From the sequence record OP503990.1: 32,000 nt of DNA. The stretch is one strand, 5' to 3'. This DNA is from Paenibacillus phage Dash. Made by a program: the position numbers and the translations under genes. Under the pieces are notes generated by a model. That model saw nothing but the letters and a program-made list of their open reading frames with translations. It made no database searches and was not told the DNA's origin. Each line of letters starts with the position of its first letter. The first letter of the stretch is position 1. This document shows, piece by piece, positions 25,426 to 31,958 of the stretch.

Positions 25426-25575
25426 CTTGACAAAAACTCTTTTCAACCATCTCACCCAAAAACCCGTGATTTTGCAACCGGGTAGACACCTCGCTAAAAA
25501 TGGTATAATATGGGTGGTATATGCAAAACCTCCACCACAGAAAGAGCCTTTGAGGAAGCACCTCAAGGCTCTTTT
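25426..25575 (+). repeat. long direct repeat copy D
   Basis: See copy C; ends with perfect AGAGCCTTTGAGG/CCTCAAGGCTCT terminator (25543-25555/25561-25572). Confidence 0.85.
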
Positions 25576-25609
25576 GAATTATGCCGCATAAGTTTGTGGG
25601 TTTTCTATC

Positions 25610-25879
25610 TTATAGCTCCTGCTTAACCCATTTAACTTCAAATGGTAGTAGATTCACTATATCCTCTAAAACCGATAACGGAATATCTACATTTTCGGGA
25701 AATTTACTTAGGCTGGTATCTTTATCTACAACTTTATTAGCTGCATCAAGATGTAGTGCAAGTTCATACCTCCCATCAAACCATATTTCCGCCTCAATTT
25801 TCCCAGTAGGTTCCTGTTCACGTACTTCCATTATTATATCTTTTAAAATTTTCGAATATTCTACCTCTAACATCCCCAT
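25610..25879 (-). CDS. hypothetical protein
   Basis: Complete ORF with RBS taaggagg; balanced composition. Confidence 0.65.
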   Translation of the reverse strand: MGMLEVEYSKILKDIIMEVREQEPTGKIEAEIWFDGRYELALHLDAANKVVDKDTSLSKFPENVDIPLSVLEDIVNLLPFEVKWVKQEL

Positions 25880-25958
25880 GTCCTCCTTAAGTCTTTCTTT
25901 TGCTAATATAATTCGATACTTTATAGGATAACCCTTTCTATAAAAATCAAGGTTCCGT

Positions 25959-26144
25959 TTATTTCAATTCCTTAACTTGGTCATATGCTTTGACCAGGTT
26001 TTTTATACGTTGGATGATCACTTTATCTGATTTTCTCGACCACAAAAGAATTTTTAGAATCATCACAAACATTCTCTCGGGCGGACCATTAAATTCGGTC
26101 AGATGGTCGTAGTAGTTACGTACCGATCCCAGGTAATCTCCCAT
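25959..26144 (-). CDS. hypothetical protein (61 aa)
   Basis: Complete ORF with GGAGGGAATAAGGGAATG start context; basic C-terminus. Confidence 0.5.
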   Translation of the reverse strand: MGDYLGSVRNYYDHLTEFNGPPERMFVMILKILLWSRKSDKVIIQRIKNLVKAYDQVKELK

Positions 26145-26172
26145 TCCCTTATTCCCTCCATTTACAACCGGC

Positions 26173-26256
26173 TTATTTATTCCGAAGTGTCCGAACTAAT
26201 CCAATTAAACTGAGAAGTAAAGCTGATAAGGCAACGATCCATGTAATTGTGTCCAT
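26173..26256 (-). CDS. 27-aa membrane peptide, toxin-like (not in ORF track)
   Basis: Hand translation MDTITWIVALSALLLSLIGLVRTLRNK*; GGAGGT 7 nt upstream of the ATG. Confidence 0.55.
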   Translation of the reverse strand: MDTITWIVALSALLLSLIGLVRTLRNK

Positions 26257-26338
26257 GCATATTACCTCCATTTATTTTTTCAAGCCTATGTGTTAAGATT
26301 GGGGTGGAGAGGGGAAGCACCCCCCTCCAAGGAACCTT

Positions 26339-26464
26339 TTAACGTCTGCGTGGCTTGCGTCGTTTGCGGGTTCCTTTTTTCTTTTTCTCCCGGCGGTTAA
26401 TGATAAGTGCTGTATAGAGTTGAATTATAGCCGTCAGGAGAAGTACCCAATCTTTCAAAACCAA
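26339..26464 (-). CDS. 41-aa membrane peptide with very basic tail, holin-like/type I toxin-like (not in ORF track)
   Basis: Hand translation LVLKDWVLLLTAIIQLYTALIINRREKKKKGTRKRRKPRRR*; TTG start preceded by GGAGGTG (an ATG 15 nt upstream gives 46 aa). Confidence 0.55.
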   Translation of the reverse strand: MVLKDWVLLLTAIIQLYTALIINRREKKKKGTRKRRKPRRR

Positions 26465-26600
26465 AACCTTCACCTCCATCCTGCTTCTGACACTAAATTC
26501 GTGTCATCCACATTTATAATATACCATGACTCTATATTAGAGTCAATAGTTATTTGACACATTTTTCGCGTCGATATATATTTGAATTAGAGGTGGTTAT

Positions 26601-26816
26601 ATGAAAGAGATACATTCAAATCTAAAGAGTATTGCAGATAAAAATGGAAGATCAATAAGGCAAATAGCGAAGGATATCGATTATCGTTTTGAGACGATAA
26701 GACAGTTATATAACGATGAGTCAAAGCATTACCCGAAAGAATTACTAACAAAGTTATGTAATTACTTCAATTGTGAAATTGGGGAGCTTTTGGTTTTAAA
26801 AGAAGATGACGAATAA
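26601..26816 (+). CDS. small XRE-family/Cro-like transcriptional regulator
   Basis: LKSIADKNGRSIRQIAKDIDYRFETIRQLYNDESKHYPKELLTKLCNYFNCEIGELLVL; RBS agaggtgg. Confidence 0.85.
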   Translation: MKEIHSNLKSIADKNGRSIRQIAKDIDYRFETIRQLYNDESKHYPKELLTKLCNYFNCEIGELLVLKEDDE

Positions 26817-26842
26817 CCTGTCTTTGCGGCAGGTTATTTTTA
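26812..26842 (+). terminator. terminator after the small XRE gene, near-identical to the toxin terminator
   Basis: AATAACCTGTCTTTGCGGCAGGTTATTTTT. Confidence 0.8.
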
Positions 26843-26986
26843 TGCAAAATAAAAAGCCCCGAAGGGCTGCAAGCAATTTAAAATTACATATAAAGAAAAG
26901 GTAATATGTGGTACAATGGAACAAGCAATAGTGGCTTATACGTGGGCGGTCGGCGCCATCCCTTAAATAGAAAGGGGGTGACGCCA

Positions 26987-27067
26987 ATGGAGACGTTTCA
27001 AGCTCTTCAATTAATGTTCCTATTCGGAATGTTTATTCTAGCGCTTCTAACGTTTATAAAAAAATAG
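26987..27067 (+). CDS. Hol_Tox-type 26-aa membrane toxin of a type I toxin-antitoxin module (not in ORF track)
   Basis: Hand translation METFQALQLMFLFGMFILALLTFIKK*; RBS aaagggggtg; extended -10 TGGTACAAT at 26909-26917; terminator at 27148-27175. Confidence 0.8.
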   Translation: METFQALQLMFLFGMFILALLTFIKK

Positions 27068-27147
27068 ACCGCCCACCGTGCAAAGGTTAAGTGCGATCTA
27101 TTCGTAAAAACCCTATAAGCCGACCGCCTAGTAGCGCGGCTATTGCT

Positions 27148-27180
27148 GACCGTGGACGTTAGCGCGTCTGCGGTCATTTT
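27148..27180 (+). terminator. terminator of the type I toxin mRNA
   Basis: GACCGTGGACG-ttagcg-CGTCTGCGGTC followed by ATTTTTA. Confidence 0.75.
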
Positions 27181-27285
27181 TAGTATATGCTTGACACCAT
27201 TATTTTAACATAAGTTTATTTTAATTAACAAGTTTATGTGTTTTTGTGGTTTTTACAAAATAAAAAGCCCCGAAGGGCTTATAAC

Positions 27286-27672
27286 TTATTTTAATCCAAT
27301 TTGAGCTTTGGACGTTAGCTTTCCACCTTGGAAAGTAAAAGTACCATTTGATCCAATATCAGATCCTTTCCAAATATATGTAGCCATATGGAATTCTGAT
27401 CCTTTTTCTCCAGATTCCATTGATAATTCTCCTTCGGATCCAATCATATCTTTAACTTCCTCATATTTCATCCCGTTTTGGATTTTGTCAAACATCTCTT
27501 TTGTGATCGTACCTTCTGTCTTTGGTGCTTCGGATGCTTTTGGTGTTTCTGATGCCTTAGGTGCTTCAGATGCTGCTGGTTTGTTTGCGTCAGCCGCTGT
27601 TTCTTTATCTCCACAAGCGGCTAAAACCCCCACAAGAGCGATGATAGTTATGATTCCCAAAAACTTCTTCAT
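27286..27672 (-). CDS. DUF3862/BLIP-like lipoprotein
   Basis: Lipobox MKKFLGIITIIALVGVLAAC, low-complexity EAPKASETPKASEAP linker, FDKIQNGMKYEEVKDMIGSEGELS...TYIWKGSDIGSNGTFTFQGGKLTSKAQIGL; RBS GGAGAG; ORF track start is 27705. Confidence 0.8.
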   Translation of the reverse strand: MKKFLGIITIIALVGVLAACGDKETAADANKPAASEAPKASETPKASEAPKTEGTITKEMFDKIQNGMKYEEVKDMIGSEGELSMESGEKGSEFHMATYIWKGSDIGSNGTFTFQGGKLTSKAQIGLK

Positions 27673-27788
27673 TATAATCTCTCCTTTTCCATGATTGGTA
27701 ACCAAATATAACCAATATCCAGTTTACCAATTGTATACGGTACAAGCAATACTATGTTTCAAATTCAGGTAAAAGAAGTTGTCCACCA

Positions 27789-28030
27789 TTGCCCACATTT
27801 TGCCCACAGTGGGGCTTATTTTGGCTTGTTTTTGCATGTTTTTAGACGGGCAATTACGGGCAATTGGAAACCCCAAAAAACCTTAGTGGGAAAGGGTTTA
27901 ACGGGATTTAAAGGGCATAGGCGGGCATGGTGAGATAAGTTTGAGTCTAACTACAAACTAAATAAATTGAACTCCTTTAATATAAGATTTCTAAGTACTT
28001 TTCAGTTTGTTTGACCACATTTTGACCACA
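27789..28030. promoter_or_regulatory. putative attP region with paired integrase arm-type repeats
   Basis: TTGCCCACA at 27789-27797 and 27800-27808; TTGACCACA at 28011-28019 and 28022-28030 (both 11-bp period); ACGGGCAATT at 27846 and 27856; immediately next to the integrase. Confidence 0.5.
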
Positions 28031-29125
28031 TTAAAAATTAAATGCTGAATTTAGTTTCTCTGCCACTGCCTTTTGCATGTTAGGAAGAACGTGTGAATAC
28101 GTTCCTAGGGTGACGTTAATGTTAGCATGTCCCAATCTTTCCTGAACTACTTTTGGATTCTCTCCCATCTGTAACAAAATCGTAGCGTGAGTATGTCTAA
28201 AGTCGTGAAAACGTATTTTTGGGACATCACATAATGTAAAATCATGTTTTAGGTGTTTGTCGAGTACAGAAGGGTATAGTAAATCATGTTTGGAGCCAGT
28301 AACTACTAGATTACTAGAATTCTGACTTTGTTTTAACTTATATTGTCTCAAGTAATTTACAACAAAATCAGGCAGGCTAATAGTCCTATATGCCGCTGCT
28401 GTTTTTGGCCGTTTTAAGTATAATTTATTTCCAGCGTACACAATAGTTTGTTGCACGCATATATTTTTGTTTTTAAAGTCAACATGATCCCATTGTAAAC
28501 CTAAAATTTCCCCTTTCCTCATTCCAGTGGTCAGTGCGAGCAAATAGATAACATGATACCTGCAATTTTTTGTAGCCTCTAGAAATCGCTGAGATTCTTC
28601 CAGAGTCCATACGGTCATTTTAGTTTTTTTGTAAGATGGTTTTTTAACAAGACCCGCTACATCCTTACTCATATATCCCCATTCAGTGGCAGTCCTTATA
28701 GTTTTGGTTACTAGATTTCCTATGTTTTGTATATGACCGTTAGAAAACCCTTTTTTCGTTAGAGAAACGTATAACTTTTGAATGTCCATTGGCGTAAGTT
28801 TGTTTAATTCAATGTGACCGATATGGGGAAGGATGTGATTTTTCGGAAATGCTACTTGAGCCGTATATGTATTAGTAGCTACGCTTTGTTTTACCGTAGA
28901 ATCAAGGAAATTGAGCATAAACTCTTCTACAGTAATTTTATTTGTTACTGCCGCTAAATTTCCTTTTTCAATTTCAGCAATTAATAGGGCACAGGCCTTT
29001 TCGGCCTCTTTTTTTGTTTTGAAACCACTTACCGTTTTTTGTTTTCGCTTTCCCGTTTTAACGTCTTTACCTATATCCAAAGTGAAAGACCATTTCTCAC
29101 CACGTTTTCTAAAATACCCTTTCAT
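28031..29125 (-). CDS. tyrosine-type site-specific integrase
   Basis: N-terminal AP2-like domain (GKRKQKTVSGFKTKKEAEKA), SAM-like domain; catalytic TGMRKGEILGLQWDHVD, FRHTHATILLQMGENPKVVQERLGHANINVTLGTYSHV. Confidence 0.97.
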   Translation of the reverse strand: MKGYFRKRGEKWSFTLDIGKDVKTGKRKQKTVSGFKTKKEAEKACALLIAEIEKGNLAAVTNKITVEEFMLNFLDSTVKQSVATNTYTAQVAFPKNHILPHIGHIELNKLTPMDIQKLYVSLTKKGFSNGHIQNIGNLVTKTIRTATEWGYMSKDVAGLVKKPSYKKTKMTVWTLEESQRFLEATKNCRYHVIYLLALTTGMRKGEILGLQWDHVDFKNKNICVQQTIVYAGNKLYLKRPKTAAAYRTISLPDFVVNYLRQYKLKQSQNSSNLVVTGSKHDLLYPSVLDKHLKHDFTLCDVPKIRFHDFRHTHATILLQMGENPKVVQERLGHANINVTLGTYSHVLPNMQKAVAEKLNSAFNF

Positions 29126-29131
29126 TAGTTC

Positions 29132-30061
29132 TCACCTCATTTTATCCATTTTAAAATGTCCGTCATAAACTCCGCACATAATTATCTCATTTGGAAATAC
29201 TTCCAAAGGGTTAATTGAATCATTTCCTGAAACAAGTTGAATCTTCGGTGATCCTTCTGTCCATTTCATTCTTTTTAACATGCCATCTTGTCCGTTAATA
29301 ATAACCCCGACAATTTGACCGTTATATTCCGCCCATTTTGTTTTGCGCAAAAATACAATGTCATCAATTTCTATTCCGGCTTTACTCATAGAATTATCCT
29401 TTATTCTGAGAGCAAAATCTGGTTGCTTCCTGCTCAAAAAGGGGTAATGGATATATTCTTCGATTGCTTCGTTTGCAATTAATCCTTTTCCATCATAAAG
29501 AGAGCGGATTAAAGGTATTGGAATTACGTTTTTGCTTTGGGATATATACGTTCCTAGTTTTGGTGAATATTTTTTTTGAACAGATTCTAGTGCTTCAATT
29601 AGTTTTTGTTTTTTCTCTAATTCCAAGTCGTTTCTAACATAAACGGCTTCCAGTTGTTCTTTAGAAGTTTCCAAAACGTCTAAATTTATCGTCTTAAATG
29701 CATGAACAATATCATTTTGAATTTCCTCGTCAAATTGTTGAATTTGTATCAGACGGTCTATCAAGGTAAAGGCTTTTTTATCGAGCTGTTCGTTTTCATT
29801 CATAAAATGAGTTAAGTATTTTTCATGATCTTCTTCTAAGCCATCCAGGTACCCTGCTACTTTCATTAATTCCCCGTACGTTACATTCCTAAGATGTTTA
29901 GCAATGTGCATCAAGGTTTCTGGTGTAGGCTTTTGAATGTTTTTTTCAATTCGCGATAATGTTGCTGGGGAAATACTTGAAACGTCGGCAAATTCCTTTT
30001 GTGTTTTATACCCATAATTGATTCTAGACTGCCTGATTAGATCTCCAACTTTTGTTTCCAT
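29132..30061 (-). CDS. phage repressor: XRE HTH + S24 peptidase-like domain
   Basis: YKTQKEFADVSSISPATLSRIEKNIQKPTPETLMHIA; C-term DFALRIKDNSMSKAGIEIDDIVFLRKTKWAEYNGQIVGVIINGQDGMLKRM. Confidence 0.93.
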   Translation of the reverse strand: METKVGDLIRQSRINYGYKTQKEFADVSSISPATLSRIEKNIQKPTPETLMHIAKHLRNVTYGELMKVAGYLDGLEEDHEKYLTHFMNENEQLDKKAFTLIDRLIQIQQFDEEIQNDIVHAFKTINLDVLETSKEQLEAVYVRNDLELEKKQKLIEALESVQKKYSPKLGTYISQSKNVIPIPLIRSLYDGKGLIANEAIEEYIHYPFLSRKQPDFALRIKDNSMSKAGIEIDDIVFLRKTKWAEYNGQIVGVIINGQDGMLKRMKWTEGSPKIQLVSGNDSINPLEVFPNEIIMCGVYDGHFKMDKMR

Positions 30062-30115
30062 GGATTTTAAGAATCTCCCTTCAAATAATGCGTCGGAATA
30101 ATAGTAACATAAAAA

Positions 30116-30222
30116 TTGCGTGTACGCAATTAAAATTGCTGAATATATTGCGCAAGAAAAGAAATTGTACTATAATCAAATTGTGTCAACGAAATAATTA
30201 AAATAAAATTGCGAATGCGCAA
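30116..30222. promoter_or_regulatory. repressor/Cro operator region with divergent promoters
   Basis: TTGCGTGTACGCAA (30116-30129), TTGCGCAA (30148-30155), TTGCGAATGCGCAA (30209-30222); rightward TTGCGC-17-TATAAT (30148-30176); leftward TTGCGT-17-TACTAT on the minus strand. Confidence 0.8.
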
Positions 30223-30240
30223 ATACGAGGAGGTATAACC

Positions 30241-30528
30241 ATGAAAAAATATGTCATTCGCCTAAAGACGAAAGAACTAATGAAGGCACAGATAGACAAG
30301 GATATCTCTAGTGATGCAAAACTTGCGGAACTAATGAATGTTAACGTAACTCAAATTTGGAGAGCGAAGTTGCCAGTTTCTGATAAAAGACATAATACTC
30401 CAGGGAATCAATTTATAGCTGGTGTTATGCAGGTTTTTGGTGGAAAATTTGATGATTTTTTCTATATAGAAGAAATTGTTGACCAAAAGAAAGCAAATAA
30501 ACCAGGCGAACAAAAAAATGCAGTATAA
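30241..30528 (+). CDS. Cro-like/XRE-family regulator
   Basis: ISSDAKLAELMNVNVTQIWRAKLPVSDKRHNTPGNQFIAGVMQVFGG; RBS gaggaggt; divergent from the repressor. Confidence 0.8.
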   Translation: MKKYVIRLKTKELMKAQIDKDISSDAKLAELMNVNVTQIWRAKLPVSDKRHNTPGNQFIAGVMQVFGGKFDDFFYIEEIVDQKKANKPGEQKNAV

Positions 30529-30552
30529 ATTTTAGGAAAGGGATGAGGGTAG

Positions 30553-30774
30553 TTGAAAAGATTAGAAGAAATGCCTGAGATTCTAACAGCCCAGCAGATT
30601 GCTAATTACTTATCAATTTCCCGTAGACGCGTTTATGAATTATTTCAAACCAAACCGGAATGCGGTGGAATTCCAAATTTTGAAGTTGGAAAATCAAAAC
30701 GTGTTTACAAGTATGATTTTACTCAGTGGATTGAAAACAAAATTAAAGAGAAATCTGCCCAGATTGTTAACTGA
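30553..30774 (+). CDS. HTH_17/excisionase-family DNA-binding protein
   Basis: ILTAQQIANYLSISRRRVYELFQTKPECGGIPNFEVGKSKRVYKYDFTQWIE. Confidence 0.85.
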   Translation: MKRLEEMPEILTAQQIANYLSISRRRVYELFQTKPECGGIPNFEVGKSKRVYKYDFTQWIENKIKEKSAQIVN

Positions 30775-30789
30775 AAGGAGGTACCACAC

Positions 30790-31002
30790 ATGACAGAAAC
30801 CAAAGTCTGCATACACCCCGTACACCGAAGACTGGCTGAGATTTGTATGAAACATAGCAATCTATTCGCCCTGTACGAAAATCTCACTGCGGCGGAGATT
30901 CAAGAGTTATGGCAATGTTTAAAACGAAACGCCGATCAAACAATTGGAAGCATCATTTTATCCAATAAACGAAAAGGAGCTGAAGGAAATGAATCAAGGT
31001 AA
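30790..31002 (+). CDS. hypothetical early protein
   Basis: ORF with RBS aaaggaggt in the early operon. Confidence 0.65.
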   Translation: MTETKVCIHPVHRRLAEICMKHSNLFALYENLTAAEIQELWQCLKRNADQTIGSIILSNKRKGAEGNESR

Positions 31003-31243
31003 CAAGGCAATGAACATTACGGAAATGGTAAACAACTTTATTGGATCTGAGGTTTCGGGAAGTAGTGAGGATCGAAAACAACTAATGTGTAAGTTGCTTC
31101 TTGAAGAGTTGAAGAACGCAAGTGCAGAAGAATTGCTTCCGTTTTTTAGAGGCGTGGATTACAGAAAATGGGAACGACAAGTTGTAATAACCCTATCGTT
31201 CCCAGCAGATACTAGCTGCTCAAACTTCCTTGATGTAACTTAA
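30989..31243 (+). CDS. hypothetical early protein
   Basis: MNQGNKAMNITEMVNNFIGSEVSG...; ATG at 30989 overlapping the previous stop (track start 30944). Confidence 0.6.
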   Translation: MNQGNKAMNITEMVNNFIGSEVSGSSEDRKQLMCKLLLEELKNASAEELLPFFRGVDYRKWERQVVITLSFPADTSCSNFLDVT

Positions 31244-31356
31244 TCCTTTTGTTGTGAGTTCATATCGAATGGGTTTGGCAATAGCAAATACGTCGCTCTC
31301 ATCTGCAAGATGTCGAATTGCTTTCCAGTCATAAAAATGAAAAGGAGCTGGGTTGA

Positions 31357-31731
31357 ATGAATGAAAAAACCAAGCCGAACAGCAAGTTTAAAGTAGGAGA
31401 TTTCGCAATGCTACGGGGAGGAAAAATTGTAGAAATAGTAAACAAGACGTATCCGGAAAACTATGGAAAGTGGAGATATGACATCTGCTACCTAGACATT
31501 GACAAGGTAAAAAATACGGTATCTGGCAATAGGAGAATACACTTGCGCGAAGAAGAACATCTCGAAACTGTGACGGATCCCCACCTGTTACTTCTAATAA
31601 AGAAATATGAGTTTGAAACCAAAATACAGCATATCAAAGCTGAGCTAAAACAATTAGAAACGGATGTAGACAAAATTGAATATGCCCTTGATATCATTAC
31701 GCCAAAATCAGAGGAGGGAGCAAGAAAATGA
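31357..31731 (+). CDS. hypothetical early protein
   Basis: ORF in early operon; FKVGDFAMLRGGKIVEIVNKTYPENYGKWRYDICYLD.. Confidence 0.7.
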   Translation: MNEKTKPNSKFKVGDFAMLRGGKIVEIVNKTYPENYGKWRYDICYLDIDKVKNTVSGNRRIHLREEEHLETVTDPHLLLLIKKYEFETKIQHIKAELKQLETDVDKIEYALDIITPKSEEGARK

Positions 31732-31958
31732 ATGAAATAGAATCTATAAAAAGACATCTCGAACAACTTAAGTCACAGCTTAATAAAATCAACAGTTATC
31801 ACGGATGGCTCTATGTGTGGACTCAAGATGAAACGATGGTTTTTATGGATATCACCATAGACAGTGAGCTACGGGCGCTAATAAAAAGGAAACTCGAAGA
31901 CAGCATAAAATTTTGCGAAGAACAGCTAAAGGAGAACGAAAATGAACCAAAAAGCTAA
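31728..31958 (+). CDS. hypothetical early protein
   Basis: ATGA overlap with the upstream gene; MNEIESIKRHLEQLKSQLNKINSYHGW... Confidence 0.65.
   Translation: MNEIESIKRHLEQLKSQLNKINSYHGWLYVWTQDETMVFMDITIDSELRALIKRKLEDSIKFCEEQLKENENEPKS

Noticed and set aside
19542-25575. Insertion sequence or transposon boundaries
   Set aside because: No transposase gene, no convincing terminal inverted repeats or target-site duplications found by eye; repeats are direct and embedded in regulatory-type DNA.
19500-25600. CRISPR array interpretation of the repeated GGTTGCAAAA sites
   Set aside because: Sites are short, occur in both orientations, in isolated pairs, with no repeat-spacer array or cas genes.
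27308-27694. 128-aa plus-strand ORF MDVSFPPWKV...
   Set aside because: Entirely antisense to the lipoprotein gene, which has signal peptide, lipobox and RBS; the plus-strand frame is a by-product.
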